Assembly: GCA_965208615.1 (NCBI GenBank)
Contig: CBDBPB010000002.1
Span: 64,001-128,000, forward strand
Reading direction: 5' to 3'
Length of the DNA: 64,000 bases
Source of the DNA: Spirochaetota bacterium
Lineage (GTDB): Bacteria > Spirochaetota > UBA6919 > CBDBPB01
Each line of letters begins with the position of its first letter. The first letter of the stretch is position 1. The notes beneath the pieces are model-generated. The model was not told the DNA's origin, did not search any database, and worked only from the letters and a program-made list of their open reading frames with translations. Positions 54,428 through 64,000 of this stretch are shown here, piece by piece. The position numbers and the translations under genes are program-made.

Positions 54428-55801
54428 ATGACAAAAAAGAATTATTTAAACATTTTAATAATACTATTAATTAGTATTTCGTTAGTTAGGGGCAAGTGCG
54501 ATTCCGATAAGGTAATAAGTCCTCCTTCTGATGGTACAGAAAGGCCAGAACCAGTGGAAGAAAAGGTTTGTAAGATAACAACAGATACGGATACTCGTAG
54601 AGGTGTTGTTACTTGTGAAAAGAATACTACTAATTGTCAAGGTGAGTGGGTCGTAGGATGTCGTCCATCTAACGGTATACTTATTCCAAAAGCTCAAAAA
54701 GATCAAATTTTTGTAAAAGCTTTAAACCAAGATGAAAGGCGCTCTAATGAAGATGGAAAGTCCTGGACAACTGCCTTTAGTGATCTTCAAAAAGGTATTA
54801 AGTATGCTTTTGAGAATAATAAAAAGATGGTATATGTAGCCCAAGGGACTTATAAGCCTACTAGTTATCCAAATGGTGGTAGTGGTGATGATCGTTATAA
54901 GCATTTTTCATTAAGGAATGGTATAGAGGTTATTGGAGGCTTTCCCGGTGAAAAGCTTGATGAGCCTAATAATCCTGAGCAATATGAGACTATTCTAAGC
55001 GGTGATATTGGAACTAAAGATGATAGAGATAACGTCTATCATGTTTTTTATCATCCTGATGGTACAAACCTAAATAACTCAGCAAAGCTAGCTGGGGTTA
55101 CAATTACCCAAGGCTATGCTTATTTTGCGTCTCCTGATGTTAATGAGCCTCGTAAGTTAGGAGGGGGCATGTATAATTTTAAGAGCTCTCCAACGTTAAC
55201 AACTGTGACTTTTCGTAATAATACGGCTAGAGATGGAGGGGGCATGTATAATTTTAAGAGCTCTCCAACGTTAACAGGTGTGGCTTTTACTGAAAATACG
55301 GCTATTACCGGAGGGGGCATGCGTAATTATAAGGATAGCTCCCCAACGTTAAAAGATGTGACTTTTACTAAAAATGAGGCTACTGTTAACGGAGGGGGCA
55401 TGCATAATTGGGATAATAGCTCTCCAAAGTTAACAGATGTGACTTTTACTAAGAATAAGGCTACTATTAACGGAGGGGGCGGCATGTATAATTATTATTA
55501 TAGCTCCCCAAAGTTAACAGGTGTGACTTTTAATAGTAATACGGCTAGTAGGTACGGAGGGGGCATGTTTAATTTTGTTGGTTGCTCTCCAGAGTTCATA
55601 AGTAATGTGGTTTTTAATAAAAACATTGTTGGTAGTGTTGGTAGTGACCTAATAAGCTACGGCGGGGCTATTTATAATAGTAAGACTTCAGCCATAACAG
55701 GCACTCCAACCTATGGAACGGGTGATGATGAAAATAAAAAGGTTGTCAAAAATACAGATGGCACATATAGTTTTGTAAAGTCAAACAGTTGGCCATGGTA
55801 A
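54428..55801 (+). CDS. Pmp-like beta-helix lipoprotein with one Cys-rich repeat
   Basis: MTKKNYLNILIILLISIS signal, VCKITTDTDTRRGVVTC, VYVAQGTY, six GGGM repeats. Confidence 0.87.
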   Translation: MTKKNYLNILIILLISISLVRGKCDSDKVISPPSDGTERPEPVEEKVCKITTDTDTRRGVVTCEKNTTNCQGEWVVGCRPSNGILIPKAQKDQIFVKALNQDERRSNEDGKSWTTAFSDLQKGIKYAFENNKKMVYVAQGTYKPTSYPNGGSGDDRYKHFSLRNGIEVIGGFPGEKLDEPNNPEQYETILSGDIGTKDDRDNVYHVFYHPDGTNLNNSAKLAGVTITQGYAYFASPDVNEPRKLGGGMYNFKSSPTLTTVTFRNNTARDGGGMYNFKSSPTLTGVAFTENTAITGGGMRNYKDSSPTLKDVTFTKNEATVNGGGMHNWDNSSPKLTDVTFTKNKATINGGGGMYNYYYSSPKLTGVTFNSNTASRYGGGMFNFVGCSPEFISNVVFNKNIVGSVGSDLISYGGAIYNSKTSAITGTPTYGTGDDENKKVVKNTDGTYSFVKSNSWPW

Positions 55802-55832
55802 TAAGTATATTTATTTAGTCCGTTAAAATTAA

Positions 55833-55857
55833 GGGGAGCATAGCTCCTCTTTTTTTT
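55833..55857 (+). terminator. Rho-independent terminator of the paralog module
   Basis: GGGGAGC-ATA-GCTCCTC followed by a T-run. Confidence 0.75.
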
Positions 55858-55958
55858 ATGGTTTTTATAACAAAGTAGCATAAATAGCAGTTATAGCATA
55901 GATAGACTTGACTATATATTTAATTTTGATATATATTTTTATAGTGCATAGAAGACTA

Positions 55959-56153
55959 TTAAGCTTTAAGATTTATCATATTGCTTAGCCAAGGAATGAT
56001 ATTACTATTAATTTGTGGGGCTTGAGCCTGTTTTTTTATAAGGTGCAAAGCAAGGTCATGTTTAATTTGGATAGCTTTTTCAATTGTATTTAGTTGAGCT
56101 TGTTGATGGGCATTTTGCATAGCTACTGCATTAGTTGTTTGTACAATATTCAT
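55959..56153 (-). CDS. Small YjfB-like (putative motility) protein
   Basis: AAGGAG RBS; 64 aa with a C-terminal LSNMINLKA resembling the family LGxxIDxxA tail. Confidence 0.5.
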   Translation of the reverse strand: MNIVQTTNAVAMQNAHQQAQLNTIEKAIQIKHDLALHLIKKQAQAPQINSNIIPWLSNMINLKA

Positions 56154-56417
56154 TTTAACTCCTTTTTATAATTAAAGTATCGGTAATATATAATTTAATA
56201 CAAGGATTATAATATAAAAATAAATTTTATATACTTGTTAAATTATGTTTAGATAGCTTATAATAAATCTTATTTTTTTTTAAATTAACTTGTATTATGT
56301 TGTATTTCTTTTTATAATTTACGAGTTAAGTAATTTTAAATATTATTGTATACAAAGCTATTTAACTATAATAAAGCTATTTAACTATAATAAAGCTAAT
56401 ATGAGTTAACAGAGTTT

Positions 56418-56775
56418 ATGAGAGAAGAATTTATACCTATTGTTATATATACGGCTTTAGTTGTTGGTTTAGGTCTTTTATTTTTACTTATGTCGAGGTA
56501 TATTGGGCCAATAAAAAAGTCTAAGCAGAAGTATGATCCTTATGAGTGTGGAGTAGAGCCAATAGATTCTTTAAGAAAGAGGTTTCATATAAGGTTTTTA
56601 CTTAATAGCTGCGTTATTTATTTTGTTTGACATTGAAACTGTATTTTTATTGCCATGGGCGGTAACTTTTGCTGATATGACTATATTAGCTATAGTTGAG
56701 GTTGTTGTATTCATAGGTATTTTGGCTATTGGACTATTATATATTATTAAAAAGAAGGTATTTCAATGGGATTAG
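56418..56775 (+). CDS. nuoA: NADH-quinone oxidoreductase subunit A (apparent +1 frameshift near 56597)
   Basis: PYECGV; the corrected frame gives RFYLIAALFILFDIETVFLLPWA. Confidence 0.88.
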
Positions 56776-57252
56776 AGTCTCATTTACATGGTTTTATTAC
56801 TACTAAGCTTGACAAGCTGGTTAATTGGGGACGAAAGAACTCATTATGGGCCTATGCCTTTTGGGGTAGCATGTTGTGCAATAGAGTTTATGGGTTTACT
56901 TTGTTCACGGTTTGATTTAGCTCGATTTGGAGCTGAGGTAATACGTTTTTCTCCAAGACAGTCTGATTTACTTATTATATCTGGTAGGATATCTATCAAG
57001 ATGTTGCCTGTTCTAATAAAGATTTATGAGCAGATGCCTGCACCAAAGTGGGTTATTAGTGTTGGAGCTTGTTGTTCATCTGGGGGAGTGTTTGATACAT
57101 ATACTCTTATACAGGGTGTGGATCAGTTTATACCTGTTGATTGTTATGTACCTGGTTGTCCACCAAGGCCAGAGGCATTTATAGAGGCTCTTATGTTCAT
57201 TCAGAAAAAGATAGACAGCGAAAGAATACAGGATAACATACACGGAAAGTAA
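56766..57252 (+). CDS. nuoB: NADH-quinone oxidoreductase subunit B (apparent +1 frameshift near 56849)
   Basis: Corrected [38 protein letters not shown]. Confidence 0.9.
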
Positions 57253-57254
57253 TT

Positions 57255-57785
57255 ATGGATAATGATTCGGTAATTCAGCTATTAAAGTATAATTTAAACG
57301 ATAAGATTATTAACCACTCTATATTTAGGGGGCTTTTGTCTATAGATATTATGGCTAGTTCTATTTTAGATATGGTATCTTTACTTAGGGCTAATGAGAA
57401 GTTAGATTTTTCTATGTTGATTGACATATCTGGGGTGGACTATTCTGACTTTACTGATGATTTACCTGTTAACAGTCGTTTTGGGGTTATTTATATATTT
57501 TATTCTTTTGCAAATGATTTAAGGATTAAGGTTAGGGCATTTATACCTGATGATAAGCCTGAGATAGATTCTATTTATGGTGAGTTTAAGGGTGCGGATT
57601 GGACTGAGAGAGAGATTTATGATATGTATGGTATTAGTTTTAGGGGGCATCCTAACTTGGAGCGTATACTAATGCCAGATTATTATAAACATCACCCACT
57701 ACGTAAGGACTATCCTCTTAGGGGATTGGGAGAGAGAACTAACTTTCCTAAATATAACATATATGACAAGTTGAATAGAGAGTAA
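57255..57785 (+). CDS. nuoC: NADH-quinone oxidoreductase subunit C
   Basis: WTEREIYDMYGISFRGHPNLERILMP, HPLRKDYPL. Confidence 0.93.
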   Translation: MDNDSVIQLLKYNLNDKIINHSIFRGLLSIDIMASSILDMVSLLRANEKLDFSMLIDISGVDYSDFTDDLPVNSRFGVIYIFYSFANDLRIKVRAFIPDDKPEIDSIYGEFKGADWTEREIYDMYGISFRGHPNLERILMPDYYKHHPLRKDYPLRGLGERTNFPKYNIYDKLNRE

Positions 57786-57786
57786 T

Positions 57787-59000
57787 ATGAGTGGTTATAT
57801 TTTTTGACATAGAAGAAGAGATTGACTCTACCATTACAATTAATGTTGGGCCTAATCATCCTGCGACTCATGGTACTCTTAGGCTTAAGGTTGAGATGGA
57901 TGGTGAGCGTATTATAAACTGTGAGCCAGAGATAGGTTTTTTACATACTGGTTTTGAGAAGCTTGCAGAGGATCGTAGTTACAATCAGTTTATAACTATG
58001 ACTGATCGTATGAATTATATATCCCCTCTTAATAATAACATAGGTTTTGCTATTGCTGCAGAGGAGCTTTTAGCTATTGAAGTACCTGAGAGAGCCCAAA
58101 TTATACGGGTTATTATGGCGGAGCTATCTAGGATATCTGATCATATAATATGCGTTGGTTTACAGGGTATGGACCTTGGTGCATTTAGTGTATTTTTATG
58201 GACTATGGTAGAGAGGGAGAGGTTATATGATATATTTGAGCTTGTTACTGGTGCAAGACTGACTACTAGTTACACTCGTGTAGGGGGTTTAGCTTTTGAT
58301 GTACCTTCTGACTTTGCTGAGAGAGTATTAAAGACCCTTGTTACTATAGAGAAGTGCATTGCCGAGATTGAGCTTATGCTATCCAAGAATAGGCTTTTTA
58401 TTGACCGTTGCAAGGGTATTGGTTATTTGTCTAAGGAGGATGCTCTTAGTTATGGTATTACTGGTCCTATATTACGGGCTAGTGGCGTAAATTATGATAT
58501 TAGGAAGGTTAAGCCTTATTCGTCTTATGATAGGTTTGATTTTCTTATACCTGTTGAGCATGCTGGTGATAGTTATGCACGTTATATTGTTCGCATAGAG
58601 GAGATGAAGCAGAGTGTGAGTATTGTAAGGCAGGCTTTAAAGGTTTTACCTGGTGGAGAGGTTAATTATTTTAACAAGAAGCACATATTACCGAATAAGG
58701 ATAAAACTTATAATGATATGGAGTCACTGATTCATCATTTTAAGGTAATAATGCCAGATGGAGATCATGGTATACATCCACCTATTGGAGAGGTATACTC
58801 ATCTACTGAGGTACCCAATGGAGAACTAGGTTTTCATGTTGTTAGTGATGGGACTTATAAGCCTTATAGGTTAAGGGTTAGGCCTCCATCTATTTTTAAC
58901 TATCAGTGTTTTGATAAGTTATCAAAAGGACATTTAGTTGCAGATATACCTGCTATTCTTAGTAGTTTAAAATATCGTAGCTGGCGAATTAGATAGATAA
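57787..59000 (+). CDS. nuoD: NADH-quinone oxidoreductase subunit D (apparent +1 frameshifts near both ends)
   Basis: GPNHPATHGTLR, GFLHTGFEK, EVPNGELG; corrected end NIVAGELDR. Confidence 0.92.
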
Positions 59001-59013
59001 AGGTTTTAGGACG

Positions 59014-59487
59014 ATGCTAAAAGAGTTTTCCAAAGAGATGAGAGAAGAGTTAGACAGGCTTATAACTGTATTACCTAATAAGAAGGCGGTGTTATTACCT
59101 GCACTTCGTATTGCTGAGGAAAAGTTTGGCTTTGTTGATAGTGAGTCTTGTAAGTTAGTGGCTGGTATTTTAGGCTTATCTCCTTCTTATGTATACGGTA
59201 CTCTTACCTTTTATACTCATTATAAGAGGGAGTTTCATGGTAAGTATAGGATTATGGTATGCAGTACTTTGATGTGTTCTTTAAGGAATAGCAAGGGTAT
59301 TTTAGAACATATAAAGGCTAGGCTGGGTATTGATGTTGGTGAAAAGACTGAGGATGGTAAGTTTTCTATAGAGAAGGTTGAGTGCCTAGCTAGTTGTGGT
59401 ACTGCTCCTTCCATACAAATAAATGATGATTTTTACGAGAATATGACTATAGAGAAGGTAGATGAGATATTAGATAGTTTGGATTAG
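59014..59487 (+). CDS. nuoE: NADH-quinone oxidoreductase subunit E
   Basis: VCSTLMC, ECLASCGTAP. Confidence 0.93.
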   Translation: MLKEFSKEMREELDRLITVLPNKKAVLLPALRIAEEKFGFVDSESCKLVAGILGLSPSYVYGTLTFYTHYKREFHGKYRIMVCSTLMCSLRNSKGILEHIKARLGIDVGEKTEDGKFSIEKVECLASCGTAPSIQINDDFYENMTIEKVDEILDSLD

Positions 59488-59538
59488 TGGGTCATAGTTT
59501 AATTAAGTTATGGTGATATTAGTTTTGAGGTAATAGAG

Positions 59539-60783
59539 TTGGCATTTGAACCTATTTTATTAAAGAATATTAAGCTAGGCGGGGCTTTAGGCATTGAGTC
59601 TTATATGTCAGGTGGGGGATATAAAGCGGCAAAGAAGGCTATAGCAATGGACCCTAAGGCTGTGACTAAAGAGGTTAAAGACTCTGGCTTAAGGGGACGT
59701 GGTGGTGCTGGTTTCCCTACTGGTATGAAGTGGAGTTTTGTTCCTGATAATATTAAGCCTGTTTATCTTGCTTGTAATGCCGATGAGAGTGAGCCTGGAA
59801 CGTTTAAGGATAGGTATATAATAGAGAAAGACCCTCATCAACTTATTGAGGGTATTATTATTTGTTGTTGGGCTATACAATCTAACACGGCATTTATATA
59901 TATACGGGGTGAGTTCCCTTATGGTGCTAGGGTATTAAAGAACGCTATACAAGAGGCTAAAAATAAGGGTTTTGTTGGTAGTAATATATTTGATAGTGGT
60001 TTTGATTTAGATATTATTGTTGTACGGGGTGCTGGAGCTTATATTTGTGGTGAGGAGACTGCATTATTGACGTCTATAGAGGGTTCAAGAGGTTATCCTA
60101 AATTGAAGCCTCCTTTTCCTGCTGTAGTGGGTTTATTTAAGAAGCCTACAATTATTAATAATGTTGAGACTCTTGCCAATCTACCTCATATTATTAACAA
60201 TGGGGCAAAGTGGCATAAGAGTTTTGGTACTGAGAAGAGTCCTGGCTTTAAGATATTTTGTGTTAGTGGTCTTGTTAATAAGCCTGGGGTATATGAGTTG
60301 CCATTGGGTACTCCGTTAAGAGAGATTATATACGATCATGCAGGGGGAGTATTAAACAACAAAAAGATTAAGGCGGTTATACCAGGGGGATCATCCACAC
60401 CTATTCTTACTGAGGATCAGTTAGATACAGCTATGGATTATGAGTCTTTACAAGAGGCTGGATCTATGTTGGGTTCTGGTGGTATTACTGTTTTAGATGA
60501 GAGCAACTGCATGGTGGATGCAATTTTTAATTTAATTAGGTTTTACCATCATGAGTCATGTGGGCAGTGTACCCCTTGTCGTGAGGGTACTGGTTGGCTT
60601 GAGAAGATTATATCCAGGATAAAAAATGGAAGTGGTCTTAAAGAGGATATTGATCTAATACTGGAAATATGTGATAATATGGAGGGTAAAACTATTTGTC
60701 CTTTATCTGATGCTGCGGTTATGCCGACTAGGAGCTATGTTCAAAGGTTTAGGCACGAGTTTGAAGCGTATATAAAAGAATAG
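59539..60783 (+). CDS. nuoF: NADH-quinone oxidoreductase subunit F
   Basis: GRGGAGFPTGMKW, NADESEPG, GAGAYICGEET, ESCGQCTPCREG. Confidence 0.95.
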   Translation: MAFEPILLKNIKLGGALGIESYMSGGGYKAAKKAIAMDPKAVTKEVKDSGLRGRGGAGFPTGMKWSFVPDNIKPVYLACNADESEPGTFKDRYIIEKDPHQLIEGIIICCWAIQSNTAFIYIRGEFPYGARVLKNAIQEAKNKGFVGSNIFDSGFDLDIIVVRGAGAYICGEETALLTSIEGSRGYPKLKPPFPAVVGLFKKPTIINNVETLANLPHIINNGAKWHKSFGTEKSPGFKIFCVSGLVNKPGVYELPLGTPLREIIYDHAGGVLNNKKIKAVIPGGSSTPILTEDQLDTAMDYESLQEAGSMLGSGGITVLDESNCMVDAIFNLIRFYHHESCGQCTPCREGTGWLEKIISRIKNGSGLKEDIDLILEICDNMEGKTICPLSDAAVMPTRSYVQRFRHEFEAYIKE

Positions 60784-60801
60784 CGTTAAGGGTTTGTTTA
60801 A

Positions 60802-62360
60802 ATGCCAGAGGTAAATAAGTTATTAAGTGTTACAATTGACGGTCAGAAGTATGAGGTTAAGGAAGGTTTAACTGTACTACAGGCATGTTTAGATTTTGGT
60901 ATTGATGTGCCTTATTTTTGTTATCATCCTTGTTTATCTACTGCTGGTAATTGTAGGATGTGTTTAGTTAAAATAGATAAAATACCTAAGCTTGCTATAT
61001 CATGTGCTACTATGGTTGCTGAGGGGATGAACATATACACTAAAGACCCAGAGGTAATTAAGGCTCGTAATGCTATTATGGAGTTTTTATTAATAAATCA
61101 TCCACTTGACTGTCCTGTATGTGATCAGGCTGGTGAATGTACTTTACAGGACTACTCATACCGACATGGGAGAGATTCGGGCAGGTTTACCGAAGAGCGT
61201 AATGTTAGGCACAAAAAAGACTTTGGGCCAAATGTCAAATATTGGGGTAGTCGGTGTATTATGTGTACAAGGTGTATACGTTTTTGTCAGGAGGTTAGTG
61301 GTACTGACGAGTTATACGCTTTTAACAGAGGGGATCGTTCTGTAATTGATATATTCCCTGGCATAGAGCTTAATAATCCATTATCTATGAATGTGGTTGA
61401 TATTTGTCCTGTTGGAGCTTTAGTTAGTTCTCATTTTTTATATCAGGCACGGGTATGGAATATGGAGCAAAGGCATAGCCTATGTATAGAGTGTTCTACT
61501 GGATGTCATAACTAGGGTTGATTCTTTAGGCAATAGGATTAAGCGTATAGTACCTAGTTCAAATGATCGATTTATGTGTGATCATGGTAGGCTAAGTTAT
61601 GGATATATGTATTCTGAGGATAGGCTTCGTTATCCTTTGGTTAATGGGGATAAGTTAGCTTCGTGGTCAAAGGTAATGTCCGTATTTAGGGATAAGATAA
61701 GACGGTATGCTAGTAAGTCTAGTAGGTTAGCTTTTTTGATTTCTGCATGGAATACTAATGAGGCTATGTTTATGGTTAACAGGCTTAAGGATAGTTGCTT
61801 AGACAAGAGTGACGTCTATTTGTATTATAAGCCTGATGAAGAGGATAAGGTTTTTCCTAAGTTTAGGATTAGTGGTGATCGTAATCCTAATATAAATGGT
61901 TTTAAGGCGGTTTTTAAAACGGGTGACATTAAAAAGCACTCAGTTAATTTATTAGTAGATAGGGTTAAGGCTAAAGAGGTTGATGTAGTTATAATAATAG
62001 GGGGTATATCCAGTGGATATATGCCTGAGAGTATTACTAATGTTTTATCTGATCTTAAAGATGTTATTGTAATAGATTATATTAGTTCATCTTTTAGTAA
62101 GGCTGCGAGTTTGGTTTTACCTTCACTTAGTTATGCTGAGAAGGCTGGTAGTTATGTTAATGATCAGCTTAAGGTTAAAGCTGTTAAGCCTGTTATCAAT
62201 CCTTTTACCCCTGGTAAGTCAGAAGATGTTATTTTACAAGAGCTTATCATTGCCCTATCAGAAAAAGGTGAGGTTTTTATCTACTGCTGATATATTTGAT
62301 GAGATGAATAGACAAGGAGTTTTTGATAGTTTAGTTAGTGAAGTAGGAGTAAAGAGCTAG
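60802..62360 (+). CDS. nuoG: NADH-quinone oxidoreductase subunit G, short form (two apparent +1 frameshifts near 61510 and 62277)
   Basis: FCYHP, AGNCRMC, NHPLDCPVCDQAGEC, CIMCTRC; the three ORF pieces join when single extra bases are removed. Confidence 0.85.
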
Positions 62361-62400
62361 CATTAAGTATTTAATTTTTGTTATATAGGGGTTTAGTAAC

Positions 62401-64000
62401 TTGGGACAACAGTTAAACTTGTTAGATATTGATAATGATAATAATTATATAACTATTAGTGAGGCATCTAAGTGGGCAAGTGAATACTTGAACAGAAGTG
62501 TGACTAAGTCTCAAATATCATATTTAATAAATTATGCTAGGGTAGGGTCAATTAAGATTGATAGAAAAAATCATATAAACCTTAATGAGCTAAAAAATTA
62601 TTATGACAATAGAAGTGAGAATGAAAAAAATAAGATTCTTAATGGGTTAAGTAAAGACGTTAACCTGTCCCTTTCATTTTCTGAATATAATGAATATGAG
62701 AGGACAAAGCATGTTCATAGGTTGCATCCATATAAAGGCAAATTTATTACTCAGCTGGTGGAGTATTTTTTAAGTAATCATACTGACGGCTTTAAAAAAG
62801 AGGTTTTCTTTAAACAGGGAGATATTGTATTAGATCCTTTTGCAGGCTCTGGAACTACTTTAGTTCAAGCTAATGAGTTAGGAATACATTCTATTGGTAT
62901 TGAGCTTTCTAGTTATAATGCTATTATTTCTAGAGTAAAGACTGAAAGCTATGAAATGGACAAAATGAGACAAGAAGGTGATAGAATTATAGAGCTATTA
63001 TATCACCTTAAAAAAGAGACTACTGCTTATTATGATGAGTTAGATAAGCTTATTAGGTTATATAATGAAAAGTACTTCCCATCTCCTAAATATCGAAAGG
63101 CTATACATGCTAAAGAGATTAATGAAAAGAGCTATGGGAAAGAAGTATTAGGTAAATTTAACTTTGATTATGAAAAAGCTATTAAAAAAGTTTAATAAAA
63201 TACACCCAGATAAATTATTTGAGAATAAAAGTCATCATAGTTTTTTAGAGTATTGGCTTACAGAGGATATCCAAAAAGAGATTAAAGTTATAAAAGAGAT
63301 AATTGAGCTTATCAAAGATGAGAAGTTAAAATATCTTTTTATGGTTATATTGGGCAGGGCTGTTAGATCGTGTAGAGCAACAAAACATATAGATTTAGCA
63401 ACTTTAACAAAGCCTCAATTTGCTCCTTATTATTGTGAGAGAAAGCATTTTAAATTGTGTAGACCAGTAAATAGTTTATTAAGTCATTTTAAGAAATATT
63501 ATTTGGATTCGATTAGAAGGATTAAAAGTTTTAGTATGCTTAAAACTAACGCTTTAAATCTTGTTTTAGAAGGTGACTCATATAGTATTGAGCTTGATAA
63601 GGTGTTGGAGGTTAAGTCTTTTTTTAATAAAGCAGGTAAATATAAAATTGATGGGATATTCACATCACCTCCTTATGTTGGTCAAATTGATTATCATGAG
63701 CAACATCTATATGCTTATGAGATTTTTAATTTGCCTATGAAAAAGGATAGAGAAATAGGGATATTAGGTCTTGGTAAAAGTAAAAAGGCAAGGGATCAAT
63801 ATTCTAAGGGTATTACAAAAGTATTTAGAAATTTGAAATCTTATTTAAAACCTTATGCTAACTGCTTTATAGTTGCTAATGATCGGTTGCAATTGTATCC
63901 AGATATAATAAATAAGTCAGGATATGAGCTTGTAAATGAGTTTAAGAGACCTGTACTAAATAGAGTTGAGAAAGATAGACGAGTATATGAAGAAAGTATT
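62401..64000 (+). CDS. N4-cytosine DNA methyltransferase (M.MjaII-like), frameshift near 63188, runs off window
   Basis: TKHVHRLHPYKGKF, LDPFAGSGTT (motif I), then DGIFTSPPY (motif IV) in the downstream frame. Confidence 0.85.

Overview
AT-rich chromosomal window from a spirochaete-like bacterium (two tandem FlaA sheath genes, a FlaB flagellin, a Bdr-like protein). The housekeeping and energy genes are sdhAB with an HdrB/CCG-type anchor, qmoABC, arsenite oxidase aioBA, thrC/metB, cbiD/ET/F, thiFSGE, nuoA-G and an N4-cytosine DNA methyltransferase. Many genes carry single extra bases in short homopolymers, most likely long-read assembly errors. The most unusual feature is a dispersed family of six Pmp-like GGGMYN beta-helix surface lipoprotein loci: three intact, one with a nonsense codon, one truncated and one relic. 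They are segmental mosaics of each other and are linked to a four-copy non-coding element. That element has a 303-304 nt core with conserved long-range stems and some covariation, plus an adjoining ~145 bp unit present in about 1, 9, <1 and 6 copies. The unit is a derivative of the last ~20 codons, stop codon and terminator of the beta-helix genes and points opposite to the adjacent gene. No transposase, integrase, reverse transcriptase, cas, rRNA or tRNA gene was seen. All alignments and folds were done by eye.
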